From: an uncultured Spirochaetota bacterium
GTDB taxonomy: Bacteria; Spirochaetota; Spirochaetia; SZUA-6; CAVTHK01
Assembly (NCBI GenBank): GCA_963734495.1
Contig: CAVTHK010000001.1
Span: 672,001-736,000, forward strand
Direction of reading: 5' to 3'
Length of the DNA stretch: 64,000 bases
Numbering within the stretch: position 1 is the stretch's first letter; each line of letters opens with the position of its first letter. A program made the translations under genes and the position numbers. The notes under the pieces were generated by a model. The model saw nothing but the letters and a program-made list of their open reading frames with translations. It did not search any database and was not told the origin of the DNA. Positions 9,380-19,468 of the stretch are shown piece by piece.

Positions 9380-9955
9380 TCAACTCCAGGAGAAGCCGCC
9401 GCCCATCTCCAGGCCGAGGGTGAGCGCGCGCAGGTTTGCCTCGGCAGCGGGACCGGCAAAGCGGGCCTCGACGGCCTTGCGGAGCGATTCGGGCTTCACG
9501 ATCGCGGTGATCGCGACCAGCGCCCCCAGCATGCAGATGTTCTGGGGCTGCGCCGACCCGAGCTGCTCCAGCGCGGTGCGATGAAAGGGGAGAGACTTCT
9601 GCCGCGCATCGACGTTCGGTTTCTGGCTCACGAAATGGCTGTCGGTGAGCAGGAGGCCTCCCGGCCGGATCAGCCCGGCGTACTGGTCGTAGGCGGCCTG
9701 GCTCAAGGCGACCAGGACGTTGGGCTGCGTGACCTTGGGGAAGTTGATCTCGGCGGGCGATATGATCAAGTCGGATCTCGTGACGCCGCCGCGGGCCTCG
9801 GGGCCGTACATCTGGGTCTGCACCGCGTTCCATCCCTCGTGAAACACTGCCGCCTCGGCAAGGAGAATCGAGGCGGTGATCACGCCCTGGCCTCCCGAGC
9901 CGGAGAAGACCATCCGGTAGCGCTCGCCGCCCCCCGCCTGAGCAGCCTGCGTCAT
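9380..9955 (-). CDS. 2-oxoacid:acceptor oxidoreductase gamma subunit
   Basis: SGSGGQGVI, QMYGPEARGG; ATG at 9955 overlaps the beta-subunit stop. Confidence 0.9.
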   Translation of the reverse strand: MTQAAQAGGGERYRMVFSGSGGQGVITASILLAEAAVFHEGWNAVQTQMYGPEARGGVTRSDLIISPAEINFPKVTQPNVLVALSQAAYDQYAGLIRPGGLLLTDSHFVSQKPNVDARQKSLPFHRTALEQLGSAQPQNICMLGALVAITAIVKPESLRKAVEARFAGPAAEANLRALTLGLEMGGGFSWS

Positions 9956-10755
9956 GGCTGAGCCCCTGCCTTTGCGGCCTCGATCGTCCGGCCGTAGGCG
10001 TCGCAATACTCGGTCCGCTCTTCCTGCGCGAAGATGCCGACGGCGAACTTGCCGGGCCCGGGCGCGCCCTCGCCGAGCGGCACCGCCCGCTCCCTCAGGT
10101 CGGCGAGCATCTCGGCCGCGCTGCCGCGCCTGTTCTTGCGGCCGAAGTAGGTGGGACACGGGCTCATCACTTCGACCACCGCAAACCCCTTGTGGCGGAT
10201 CGCGGCCTCGAGGATGCGGGTCATCTCCCGTGAGTGCCACGCCGTCGTGCGGGCGACGAAGCTCGCGCCCGCGGCCATGGCGAGCGCGGCGACGTCGAAG
10301 CTCCTGTCGATCGTGCCGTAGGGCGCCGTGGTGGCCGTGATGCCGCAGTCGGAGAGCGGCGAGAACTGCCCTCCCGTCATCCCGTAGGTCTGGTTGTTCA
10401 TCACGATGGCGGTCATGTCGATGTTGCGGCGGCAGGCGTGGATAAAGTGATTGCCGCCGATCGCCAGCGCGTCGCCGTCTCCCATCGGAACGAGGATCGT
10501 GAGCTCGGGCCGGCTCAGCTTGACCCCCGTGGCAAAGGCAAGCGCCCTGCCGTGCAGCGTGTGCAGGGTGTGGAAGTCCACGTAGCCCGGCATGCGCGAG
10601 GAGCAGCCGATGCCGGACACCATCACGATGTCGTTCTTCTCCAGGCCCAGCCTTTCGACGGCGCGCAGGAGCGCGCCCAGCACGATCCCGTGGCCGCAGC
10701 CGGCGCACCACAGGTGCGGCATGAAGCGCTGGCGCAGATAGTCCCTGACGGGCAC
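9952..10755 (-). CDS. korB: 2-oxoacid:ferredoxin oxidoreductase beta subunit
   Basis: WCAGCGHG, SGIGCS, HTLHGRA, TPP motif GDGD...NN, YGMTGGQ, CPT. Confidence 0.9.
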   Translation of the reverse strand: MPVRDYLRQRFMPHLWCAGCGHGIVLGALLRAVERLGLEKNDIVMVSGIGCSSRMPGYVDFHTLHTLHGRALAFATGVKLSRPELTILVPMGDGDALAIGGNHFIHACRRNIDMTAIVMNNQTYGMTGGQFSPLSDCGITATTAPYGTIDRSFDVAALAMAAGASFVARTTAWHSREMTRILEAAIRHKGFAVVEVMSPCPTYFGRKNRRGSAAEMLADLRERAVPLGEGAPGPGKFAVGIFAQEERTEYCDAYGRTIEAAKAGAQP

Positions 10756-10757
10756 GG

Positions 10758-11906
10758 CTACACCCCCTTGCCCTGGACGAGCCGCAGGATGTTGCTGATG
10801 TCGTTGGGCCCGATGAGCTCCCCGTCGTAGCGGTTGGCGAGGAAGACCCGCTCGGGCGCGCCCGCGACCCTGCGCACCTCCCGGAGGACCTGGCCCATGT
10901 TCATCTCCACGACGACGACGTACTGGGCGCGGGCGCAGAGCTTGCGCACCTCCTCGGCCGGGAAGGGCCACAGAGTCTGCAGCTCGATCAGCCCGACCGG
11001 CTCGCCCCGCGCCCTGCGGCTCTGCACCAGGTGGCGGGCGGAGCGCGCCGAGGCGCCGTAGGAGACCAGGATCGTCTCCGCGCCGTCGACGTGGAGCGTC
11101 TTGAGGTGGGCCATCTCCTGGGCGTGGCTCTCGATCTTCGTGACCAGGTGCATCAGCAGGTCCTGCGTGACGCGCGGGTGGGTCGTCGGGAAGCCCCACA
11201 TGTCGTGCACCAGGCCCGTGACGTTGTAGCGGTGATAGCCGCCGAAGTCCGACATCGGCAGGCGTCCGTCCTCGCGGGGGAAGTACGGGTGGTAGTCGGT
11301 GCCTTGCGGGACCGAGGTCTTCAGACGCTGGACCAGGGCCAGCTCGCCGGGGGCGGGGATCGCGAGCTTCTCGCGCATGTGGGCGACGACCTCGTCGAGG
11401 AGCAGGATCACCGGCGTACGGTAGGTCTCGGCAATGTTGAAGGCCTCCACCGTCATGGCGAAGACGTCCTGGTGGTTGGAGGCCGTGAGCGCCACGATGC
11501 TGTGCTCCCCGTGCGTGCCCCAGCGCGCCTGCATCACGTCGCCCTGGGCCGGCTGCGTCGGGAGCCCCGTCGACGGCCCGCCCCGCTGCACGTCCACGAT
11601 CACGCAGGGAATCTCGGCCATGACCGCGAAGCCGATCCCTTCCTGCATCAGCGAGAAGCCGGGGCCGCTGGTCGCCGTCATGACCTTGAGCCCCGTGAGC
11701 GAGGCGCCGATGATCGCGCAGATCGAGGCGATCTCGTCCTCCATCTGGATGAAGCGCCCGCCCGTGCGGGGAAGCCTCGCGGCGAGGAGCTCGGCGACCT
11801 CGGAGGAGGGCGTGATCGGGTAGCCGGCGTAGAAATCGAGCCCGGCGTACAGCGCGGCCTCGACGACGGCTTCGTTGCCCTGCAGGAACACCGTCCGCGC
11901 AGGCAT
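10758..11906 (-). CDS. korA: 2-oxoacid:ferredoxin oxidoreductase alpha subunit
   Basis: GYPITPSSE, QMEDEIAS, ATSGPGFSLM, QRGGPSTGLPT, VEMNMGQ. Confidence 0.9.
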   Translation of the reverse strand: MPARTVFLQGNEAVVEAALYAGLDFYAGYPITPSSEVAELLAARLPRTGGRFIQMEDEIASICAIIGASLTGLKVMTATSGPGFSLMQEGIGFAVMAEIPCVIVDVQRGGPSTGLPTQPAQGDVMQARWGTHGEHSIVALTASNHQDVFAMTVEAFNIAETYRTPVILLLDEVVAHMREKLAIPAPGELALVQRLKTSVPQGTDYHPYFPREDGRLPMSDFGGYHRYNVTGLVHDMWGFPTTHPRVTQDLLMHLVTKIESHAQEMAHLKTLHVDGAETILVSYGASARSARHLVQSRRARGEPVGLIELQTLWPFPAEEVRKLCARAQYVVVVEMNMGQVLREVRRVAGAPERVFLANRYDGELIGPNDISNILRLVQGKGV

Positions 11907-11910
11907 TCCG

Positions 11911-12141
11911 CTACCTCTCCCCGCTCAGCGCGCGATCAGCCGAGACCTCGATCGCCAGATCGGGGCAGCGCAGCTCGCAGTCCCGGCACAGCGTGCACTT
12001 GTCGAGCGCGGCGACGACAGCCTTCTCGTGCTCGTCCAGGGCGAGGACGCCTGCGGGGCAGAAGGCGACGCAGATGCCGCACCCCTTGCACCACTCCCTC
12101 TCGATGAGGATGCGCGCCCTTGCCGCGGTCGATCGAGCCAT
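11911..12141 (-). CDS. 2x[4Fe-4S] ferredoxin (oxidoreductase delta subunit)
   Basis: CKGCGICVAFCP and CTLCRDCELRCPDLAI. Confidence 0.9.
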   Translation of the reverse strand: MARSTAARARILIEREWCKGCGICVAFCPAGVLALDEHEKAVVAALDKCTLCRDCELRCPDLAIEVSADRALSGER

Positions 12142-12231
12142 TGTCCCTTGATCGTAGCGCAGGCAGCCGGTCCTATCAAACCGCGCCCCGCGGGCCTTCT
12201 GAAGAAATCCGGTCCTGCCGATTCAGATAGT

Positions 12232-13533
12232 GTGATCCATCCGGAGGAGCCGCTCAAAGCTGCCTGGGACGTGGCGGTGCTGGCCGTCGCGGTGGCGGCC
12301 GCCGTCATTCTGCCGGTGGCGGACGTTTTCGACGATGACGCCGCCGGGCTTCTGGTGCCCCTCGGGTGGATTGCATTCGCCTTCTTCGCGGTCGACATTG
12401 CCGTCTCTCTGAACACGCAGACCCGGATCCGAGGCACGATGGTGGCCGACAGGCGGGAAGTGGGGGGGCGTTACCTGCGGACGTGGCTGCTGCTCGACCT
12501 GTTCGCGGCACTCCCCCTGGGTCCGGTCGTCTCCGCGCTGGCCTTTCCTTCGACCACGCTGGTCAGGCTGATTCGCCTGAATCCGCTGCTGAAGCTCCTG
12601 CCCGCCTCGCGGACCCTCCGGCGGGCGCACGCCACCGGGATCAACCCGGCGATCCTGCGCCTTTCGACGCTCGTCTTCTGGATTCTGCTCGCGATGCACT
12701 GGATCGCATGCGGATGGATCGTCGTTGCGCCCGAAGAGCTCGACCCGGTCTCGCGCTACATCCGGGCCTTCTACTGGACGATCACCACGGTGGCGACCAT
12801 CGGCTACGGCGACATCACCCCGGTGGGCAACCTGCAAACGCTCTATGCCATCCTGATCGAGGTCACCGGGGCGGCGATGTACGGCATGGTGATTGCCAAC
12901 ATTGCGGCGCTGGTGGCCAACATAGACATCGCGAAGGTGGCCCACCGCGAAAAAGTCGACAGGGTAAACGCCTTTCTGTCCTATCGCGCCATCCCCGCGG
13001 CCCTCCGCAAGAAGATCAACGAATACTACGAGTACCTCTGGGAGAGCCGCCGGGGCCATGACGAATCGTCGGTTCTCTCAGACCTCCCCAACCCGCTGCG
13101 TCTGTCCGTTTCCCTGTTTCTCAACCAGGGGACCATCGGCAAGGTGCCGATCTTCGAGAAGGCCGGCGAAGACCTCATCCGCGACATCGTAATGAACCTC
13201 GAGCCCGTGGTGTTCACTCCGGGCGACGTCGTGGTTCGGGCGGGCGAGGTGGGGTTCGACATGTACTTCATCAGCCGCGGCTCGGTCGAGGTGCTCTCCG
13301 CGGACGGCAAGCGCGTCTTTGTCGCGCTGGGCGAGGGTCAGTTCTTCGGGGAGATCGCCCTCCTGCTCAGCACTCCCCGGACCGCGACGGTGCGCGCCCG
13401 CGAGTACTGCGACCTGTACCGGCTCGACAAGCGCACCTTTGACCAGGTGATCACGCGCTACCCGGAGTTCGCGGCCAACATCAAGCGGCTCGCCAACCAG
13501 AGGCGTTCGGAGCTCGACGCTTCGCTGGCGTGA
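12232..13533 (+). CDS. Cyclic-nucleotide-gated K+ channel (SthK-like)
   Basis: Six TM segments, S4 RLIRLNPLLK, filter TIGYGD, C-linker, CNBD motif FFGEIALL...PRTATVRA; start taken at GTG 12232 (uncertain). Confidence 0.92.
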   Translation: MIHPEEPLKAAWDVAVLAVAVAAAVILPVADVFDDDAAGLLVPLGWIAFAFFAVDIAVSLNTQTRIRGTMVADRREVGGRYLRTWLLLDLFAALPLGPVVSALAFPSTTLVRLIRLNPLLKLLPASRTLRRAHATGINPAILRLSTLVFWILLAMHWIACGWIVVAPEELDPVSRYIRAFYWTITTVATIGYGDITPVGNLQTLYAILIEVTGAAMYGMVIANIAALVANIDIAKVAHREKVDRVNAFLSYRAIPAALRKKINEYYEYLWESRRGHDESSVLSDLPNPLRLSVSLFLNQGTIGKVPIFEKAGEDLIRDIVMNLEPVVFTPGDVVVRAGEVGFDMYFISRGSVEVLSADGKRVFVALGEGQFFGEIALLLSTPRTATVRAREYCDLYRLDKRTFDQVITRYPEFAANIKRLANQRRSELDASLA

Positions 13534-13661
13534 CAGCGGCCCCGCGTAAATGCGGAACGCGACGGCTGCGCCTCGCCTGACGGGGGCGCGGCGGCCGGGC
13601 GCCTTGATCTTTTCGCGGCCGCGGGCGAGACTCCCCGGCGGCGGCTTGCCGCGCATCGGGG

Positions 13662-14090
13662 GTGCGAGTGCTCGTCTCCATCGTCGTGTTTCTCGCTTTC
13701 GTGGCGCTGTTCACGCTCGCGTTCCGCTACACGACGCGCACCATCGGGCAGCGGGTCGGAGAGTGGGTCGACCGGCGTCACCGGGCCGCCGAGGAGATCC
13801 TCGACTCCGGCTGCGCGCCGCGGGCCTGGGTCGAGATGCTCGGCAGCCGGTTTCCGGGCATCGGGGCCGGCGACGTCGTCCCCGGGAGGGAGCGGGCTCT
13901 GAAGCGCAGGCTTCTGCGCGAGCTGCGCAGCCTGGAGAAGTACTTCGAGCGCAGCCCCCTCGTGGACACGGAGGAGACCCGCCGCGTGCTGGTCGCGGAG
14001 CTCCGCGAGGTCAGACAGAAGTGGCAGGCGGCCGCGGTCACGGAGCTGATCGCCCCTGGATCTTCAGGCGGCGGCGGGAGCGCGGAATGA
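13662..14090 (+). CDS. Hypothetical membrane-anchored protein
   Basis: N-terminal TM helix, 142 aa, host codon usage. Confidence 0.65.
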   Translation: MRVLVSIVVFLAFVALFTLAFRYTTRTIGQRVGEWVDRRHRAAEEILDSGCAPRAWVEMLGSRFPGIGAGDVVPGRERALKRRLLRELRSLEKYFERSPLVDTEETRRVLVAELREVRQKWQAAAVTELIAPGSSGGGGSAE

Positions 14091-14132
14091 GCGACCTGCG
14101 GGAGCGCTTCTCGCGGGCGGGATGGCTGCCTT

Positions 14133-15359
14133 CTAGAAATCCCAGTCCGGTTTCGGCTCGGGGAGCCTCAGGAGGTCGTCGAGCTCGTCGAGCAGCTCGC
14201 GCGGGCCGGCGAGCCGATCCGTCACCGCGAGCCCGGAAGCGGGGCGGACGCCGAGCCAGAGGCGCGTAAAGGCCCCGACTCCCGCGCGCAGCGTCGGCAG
14301 CGAGGCGTCGCTGCCCGGCTCCACGCCCGAGGCAGGGCCGAGGCTCACGACGTAGCGGCCCGCCACGCCGCGCCACGGGGCCGAGTCGTCGAGGAAGCGC
14401 TCGATCGGGTCCTCGAGGTCGAGGTTGAAGCGGATCTCCCGCGCGAAACGCGCCGAGGCCACGCAGGCGGGCAGGTCGCAGATCCGCATCTGCCAGTAGG
14501 CGCGGGCGTCGTTCTTCAGCTCGAAGCGGGAGCCGCTGCTGCGGGCGTAGCCGCGGAAGGGCCGCTCGAGGAGGTCCTGGAGCTGCACCCCGGGCGGCTC
14601 GCGCAGACGCACGAGCAGCGCCTGGTCGCTGAAGTCGCGGAGCAGGGCGACGAGCTCCTTGAGCTGCTCGCCGGTCTGGTACGCCATCCAGGTGACGCGG
14701 AAGGGGCCCGCGTTGCGGTTGTCGGTCTCGGGCTGACACCAGAAATGGTGCGTCAGCACCCCGCCGGAGAGATAGCCGAGGCCGAAGCCGTACTCGGACT
14801 TGAGCATGTCGGCCCGCGACACTTCGGGCGCGTCGAAGTCGAGGCTTCCGTGGCCCTTCGCCCGCTGGAGGCGGCAGGCGTGGACCAGCTCCCAATGCTC
14901 CTGGCCGAGACGGACCGGCTTGCGCGGATTCGCATCGACCCGGATGGCCATGGGGTCGATCGAAATCCAGTGCTCGTATCCGCCGGAGCCGAACCCGAGC
15001 TTGTTGTAGTAGCCCTGGTCGAAGATGCCCAGGCCCGCCACCGCTATCCCCGAGGCGGCATCGGCGGCCACGGCCTCCGCGGTCAGCCTTCCCGCGAGCC
15101 CCTGCCGCCTGCCCACCCGGCTCGTGGTGACCGCCATGACGCCGCTGAAGGGGACCTGGCGCGCCTGGTAACGCAGTCGGCCGTGGGAGGTCAGGACGAG
15201 GCACTCGACCTCGCCGTCGAGCTCGGCCACGAGGGCATGGTCGCGGGCCGCGGCGGCGTCGAAGGCCTGGGGCCTGTCCGGCCGGATCCAGCCGGTCTCG
15301 CACCAGATTCGGAAGGCCTGCTCATGGTCCCGTTCGGGCTGATAGGGGCGGCCGATCAT
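14133..15359 (-). CDS. GNAT family acetyltransferase (Eis-like)
   Basis: VTTSRVGRRQGLAGRL acetyl-CoA motif, YYNKLGFG, about 400 aa ending DWDF. Confidence 0.8.
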   Translation of the reverse strand: MIGRPYQPERDHEQAFRIWCETGWIRPDRPQAFDAAAARDHALVAELDGEVECLVLTSHGRLRYQARQVPFSGVMAVTTSRVGRRQGLAGRLTAEAVAADAASGIAVAGLGIFDQGYYNKLGFGSGGYEHWISIDPMAIRVDANPRKPVRLGQEHWELVHACRLQRAKGHGSLDFDAPEVSRADMLKSEYGFGLGYLSGGVLTHHFWCQPETDNRNAGPFRVTWMAYQTGEQLKELVALLRDFSDQALLVRLREPPGVQLQDLLERPFRGYARSSGSRFELKNDARAYWQMRICDLPACVASARFAREIRFNLDLEDPIERFLDDSAPWRGVAGRYVVSLGPASGVEPGSDASLPTLRAGVGAFTRLWLGVRPASGLAVTDRLAGPRELLDELDDLLRLPEPKPDWDF

Positions 15360-15445
15360 GGGGCAAGTCTACCACGCGGTCGGCGGCGGGGTCCAAAGGA
15401 CGCGCCGGCTGCGGCGCGCTCGAGCGCCCTCGAGCGGGTCCGCTC

Positions 15446-15474
15446 TTGCCGCCCCGCCGTCCGCAGGCTACTGT
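15446..15474 (+). promoter_or_regulatory. Sigma70-type promoter of nth, probably leaderless
   Basis: TTGCCG, 17 bp, TACTGT, 7 nt, ATG 15482. Confidence 0.55.
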
Positions 15475-15481
15475 CTCCGCG

Positions 15482-16144
15482 ATGCAGAGGCGCGCGCAAT
15501 ACTGGGACAGGACCCTGGCTGCCATCGCGGGCCATCTCGAGGACGCAGGGCTCCCTTCGGTGACGGCAATCGCTCAAGAGCGTCACGATCCCTTCCACGT
15601 CCTCGTGTCGACCGTGATCTCGCTGCGCACCAAGGACCAGGTCACGGACGCGGCTTCGCGCAGGCTCCTGGCGAGGGCTCCGGGGCCCTCCGAGCTCGCG
15701 AGGCTGCCGCGGAGGTCGATCGAGACGCTCATCTATCCGGCGGGCTTCTACCGGACGAAGGCCAGGCACCTGCGGGAGATCGCCGGTCTCCTCATCGAGC
15801 GGCACGGGGGCAAGGTCCCTTCTGGAATGGACGCCCTGCTCGAGCTGCCGGGAGTGGGACGCAAGACGGCCAACCTGGTGCGCAACCTCGGCTTCGGTCT
15901 CGAGGGCATCTGCGTCGACACCCACGTCCATCGGATCTCCAACAGGCTGGGCTGGGTGGCGACGCGCGACCCGGCCGGGACGGAAAAGGCGCTGGGGGCG
16001 GTCCTTCCGAGGAAGCATTGGATCGCCATCAACACGATCCTGGTGCAGTTCGGCCAGACGACCTGCACGCCCGTTTCCCCGTTCTGCTCCCGGTGCCCGC
16101 TGGCGAAAGGCTGCCCGCGAGTCGGCGTGGCCAAGTCCAGATGA
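15482..16144 (+). CDS. nth: Endonuclease III
   Basis: HhH motif LPGVGRKTAN, VDTHVHR, Fe-S motif CTPVSPFCSRCPLAKGC. Confidence 0.95.
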   Translation: MQRRAQYWDRTLAAIAGHLEDAGLPSVTAIAQERHDPFHVLVSTVISLRTKDQVTDAASRRLLARAPGPSELARLPRRSIETLIYPAGFYRTKARHLREIAGLLIERHGGKVPSGMDALLELPGVGRKTANLVRNLGFGLEGICVDTHVHRISNRLGWVATRDPAGTEKALGAVLPRKHWIAINTILVQFGQTTCTPVSPFCSRCPLAKGCPRVGVAKSR

Positions 16145-16149
16145 ATGGC

Positions 16150-16459
16150 TGTGAACGGCCTGTGGAAAACCTGCGAGACTCCGGCGCATGCTCAGGGCAG
16201 CCCGCTGCTCGCCTGCGGGCGGCGCCTCGTGCCTGAGCGGCCGAACTGAGCTTCGGCCGTGATTCTGTCTATCCAGGTTGACTTTATCTCTAAAAGATCT
16301 ACACAAAGCCGCGGTCAGAGACCGTATTTCTGGACCGCTTCTTGCTGATTTCCGTCATATCTCGATATTGCCGCTAATCTATGGATCAAGCCGTCGAACG
16401 CCCGCAACTGCGCGAGGCCCGTCGCTGGAGGGGTCTGCCTGTGGACAATCTGTTGACAC
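16150..16459. other. DnaA-box-like cluster with AT-rich core (candidate oriC or DnaA-titration site)
   Basis: TGTGGAAAA 16161-69, TGTGGACAA 16440-48, weaker boxes at 16150, 16380 and 16451; lies between convergent genes. Confidence 0.45.
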
Positions 16460-16492
16460 CGCGCCTAACTTTCGTTGCGGGGATGGATTGGT

Positions 16493-17488
16493 CTACGGGC
16501 CCCGATCAACGCCGGCGACGGCGGTCGCCGAAGCGGTTGCCCGGTAGATGAAGAGCTCCAGCATCAGCCGGTGGGTCTCGGAGCGCCCCGTGCGGATGCG
16601 GCGGTCGGTATCGGCGATCAGGACGATCAGGCCCTGGGTCTCCTCCCTCGAGAAGCGGCGCTTCGCCTCGAGGTAGACCTTCTGGCTCCTCTTGCTGCGC
16701 ACATTGAGCCTGGCGAGGGCCTCTTCAGGCTGGTAGTTCTCCGCGAGGAGCTCGTGCAGGGCAGCGAGCTTGCGCACCTGCCAGAGCAGGCCGCCCAGGA
16801 TGGCGAACGGCTCCGACTCGCGGGCGAGAAGGATCTTGTCCAGAACCTCCTGGGAACCGCCGAAATCCCGCTCCGCCAGCCTCTCGAACAGGGTAAAGAC
16901 GTTCTCCTCGCGGCTGTGGTAGAGGTAGGTCTGGACCTGCTCCAGCCCGAGCCTGCCTTCGGATGAGAAGTAGTCCGCGAGCCTGCCGCACTCCAGGTCG
17001 AGGTCGTGTGTGTTGTTCTCTACCATCTCCAGGATGAAGTCGACCGCATCCTGCTCGATTTCGATGCGTCTCTTGCGGAAAAAGGCCTTGATCCACTCGA
17101 CCTTGCGGCCTTCGAACATCTCCCAGAAGATCTTCTGCCGCTCTTTCGGCACGGCTTTCGTGATGCGAGATGACACGTCGCCGATCTGGTCCGAGAGCAG
17201 GAAGAGCGTTGCGTCCACCGACGGCGTGCCGCAGTAGTCGGCGAGCAGCGCCAAGTCCCCCTGGCCTTTGATGCCTTCGACGTTGGACAGGATCACGACC
17301 TTGTGCGAGGCGAACAGCGACCCGTTGCGCAGAAGCGCGACGAGGTCGACCATGCGCGTGTCGAAGGGGTAGGCGCGGTGGATCTCGGGCTCCGAGCCCG
17401 AGGACTTCTTCAGGCCGGCGATCGCGGCCTCGACAAAGGCCTCCTTCTCGCCTCTCTCGGGGCCGAGGAGGAGCCAGACGCCGCCCAT
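16493..17488 (-). CDS. holA: DNA polymerase III delta subunit
   Basis: WLLLGPERG, NGSLFASHKVVIL, EENVFTLFE; 331 aa; spirochaete context. Confidence 0.85.
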   Translation of the reverse strand: MGGVWLLLGPERGEKEAFVEAAIAGLKKSSGSEPEIHRAYPFDTRMVDLVALLRNGSLFASHKVVILSNVEGIKGQGDLALLADYCGTPSVDATLFLLSDQIGDVSSRITKAVPKERQKIFWEMFEGRKVEWIKAFFRKRRIEIEQDAVDFILEMVENNTHDLDLECGRLADYFSSEGRLGLEQVQTYLYHSREENVFTLFERLAERDFGGSQEVLDKILLARESEPFAILGGLLWQVRKLAALHELLAENYQPEEALARLNVRSKRSQKVYLEAKRRFSREETQGLIVLIADTDRRIRTGRSETHRLMLELFIYRATASATAVAGVDRGP

Positions 17489-17498
17489 AGTCGGGTGC

Positions 17499-18104
17499 CT
17501 ATGCGTATTGCCGCACGATGCACGCGAGACGCCCGAGGATGCGCGCGTCCTGCGTGTAGATCGGGGGGAACGACTCGTTTTCGGCCCGGAGCTGGATCCG
17601 GTTCCTCTCGACGAACAGCCGCTTGAGCGTGACCGCGTCGCCCACCATGGCTACGACGATCTCGCCGTTGTCCGCGGTGGCCTGATGGCGGATGATCGCG
17701 ACGTCGCCGCTGAGGATCCCGGCGCCCTGCATGCTGTCGCCCTTGACCCGCAGCGCGAAGAAGCGCCCCTCGCTGCTGAGCAGGGACTCCGGCACCGGGA
17801 TGGCGCCCTCGAAGTTCTCCTCGGCGAACAGAGGCCGGCCCGCGGCCACGCTGCCGAGCAGCGGCACCTCCCTGACCCCGGACCGCGCGCTCTCCTTGCA
17901 CAGGACGCGGATGGCCCGCGAGCGCCCGGGACCGCACGAGATCTGTCCCTTCTTCTCGAGGGCCTTGATGTGGTCGTAGCCGCCTTTGACGGAGATGGCG
18001 AACTGGTTGGCGACCTCGCGCACGGTCGGCGGGTAACCCATTTCTTCGACTGTCCGACTGATGAAGTCCAGGATCTCTTTCTGTCGGGCTGTCAGTCGCT
18101 TCAT
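17499..18104 (-). CDS. lexA: LexA repressor
   Basis: LTARQKEIL, YPPTVREVA, cleavage site VAAG, catalytic VKGDSM and VTLKRL. Confidence 0.95.
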   Translation of the reverse strand: MKRLTARQKEILDFISRTVEEMGYPPTVREVANQFAISVKGGYDHIKALEKKGQISCGPGRSRAIRVLCKESARSGVREVPLLGSVAAGRPLFAEENFEGAIPVPESLLSSEGRFFALRVKGDSMQGAGILSGDVAIIRHQATADNGEIVVAMVGDAVTLKRLFVERNRIQLRAENESFPPIYTQDARILGRLACIVRQYA

Positions 18105-19468
18105 GGCCTGCCGATTTTGATTCCGTACTTTCGGATGCGGCTGTGGAGGCTGCTCGGATACATGCCCAGCTGCTCCGCGGTCCGCGTGATGTTGTTCCCG
18201 TTTTCCCTGAGCCTGGTCTCGATCAGCTCTCTCTCGAAGCTGTCCCGCGCCTGGGCGAGGGTCATCGCGGAGTACCTGCCCAGGGCCGACGCCTCCGGCT
18301 CCGTGTCCCTTCGCCCGAGAAAGCGTTCGACGTGCTCCCGTGTGATCGTTTCCTCGGCAACCATTATGTTAATCCGTTCGATGAAGTTTTTCAATTCCCG
18401 GATGTTGCCCGGCCACGCGTAGGCCGCGAGCTCCTGCATGGCGGCCTCATCCAGACGCTTCACGGGGCCCTGCGCGGGATGCTTGAACTTGTCCATGAAG
18501 TACGCGACGAGGTCCGGCAGGTCCTCGATCCGCTCCTGCAGCGACGGCACGCGGATCGGGACGACGGCGAGGCGGAAGTAGAGGTCCTCGCGGAAGCGCC
18601 CGGCCCGGACCTCCTCCTCCAGTTCCTTGTTGGTGGCCGCGACGATGCGGACGTCCACCTGGATCGACTCCTCGCCGCCGATGCGCTCGAACTTCAGCTC
18701 CTGGGTGGCGCGGAGGACCTTGGCCTGGGTGGACAGCGACATGTCGGCGATCTCGTCGAGAAACAGCGTTCCCGTGTGGGCGAGCTCGAACTTGCCTCGC
18801 CGCGAGGCGACCGCGTGGGTGAATGCGCCCTTCTCGTGCCCGAAGAGCTCGCTCTCGATCAGGCTCTCGGGGATGGCGGCGCAGTTGACCTCGATAAAGG
18901 GCCCCGCGGCCCTGCGGCTCTGCCTGTGGATCTCGCGGGCGACCAGCTCCTTGCCCGTGCCGTTGGCGCCGGCGATCAGGATGCGGCTGTCGCTCGCCGC
19001 GCTCTGCGCGATGAGCTCGCGGACGCGCTGCATCGGCTCGCTCGAGCCGATCATGCGGTCGTCCACGAACAGGCTCGCCTTGAGCGCCCGGTTCTCGCTG
19101 CGGAGGGTCCGCAGCTTGGCCGCGTTGGCCACGGTCGTCGCCGTCTTGTGCAGGTCCAGCGGCTTCTCGAGGAAATCGAAGGCGCCCATCTTGACCGCGT
19201 GCACCGCAAGGTCGATGTTGGCGTGACCGGAGATCATGATCGTTTCGGTGTCCGGATGCTTCTCGCGGATCGCTGCGAGCACGTCGATGCCGCCCATGTT
19301 GGGCAGACGCACATCGAGGAGCACGACGTCGACCGCGTTCTCGTCCAGCGTCGTGAGCCCCTGAAAGCCGTCCTCGGCCGTCAGGACCGTGTGACCCTCG
19401 TCCTCCATGGCGTCGCGCAGCACTTCGCGGATGCCGGGCTCGTCGTCGATGATGAGAACGCGGCTCAC
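18101..19468 (-). CDS. Sigma54-dependent response regulator (NtrX/NtrC family)
   Basis: Receiver domain, [30 protein letters not shown], Fis-type HTH. Confidence 0.92.
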   Translation of the reverse strand: MSRVLIIDDEPGIREVLRDAMEDEGHTVLTAEDGFQGLTTLDENAVDVVLLDVRLPNMGGIDVLAAIREKHPDTETIMISGHANIDLAVHAVKMGAFDFLEKPLDLHKTATTVANAAKLRTLRSENRALKASLFVDDRMIGSSEPMQRVRELIAQSAASDSRILIAGANGTGKELVAREIHRQSRRAAGPFIEVNCAAIPESLIESELFGHEKGAFTHAVASRRGKFELAHTGTLFLDEIADMSLSTQAKVLRATQELKFERIGGEESIQVDVRIVAATNKELEEEVRAGRFREDLYFRLAVVPIRVPSLQERIEDLPDLVAYFMDKFKHPAQGPVKRLDEAAMQELAAYAWPGNIRELKNFIERINIMVAEETITREHVERFLGRRDTEPEASALGRYSAMTLAQARDSFERELIETRLRENGNNITRTAEQLGMYPSSLHSRIRKYGIKIGRP

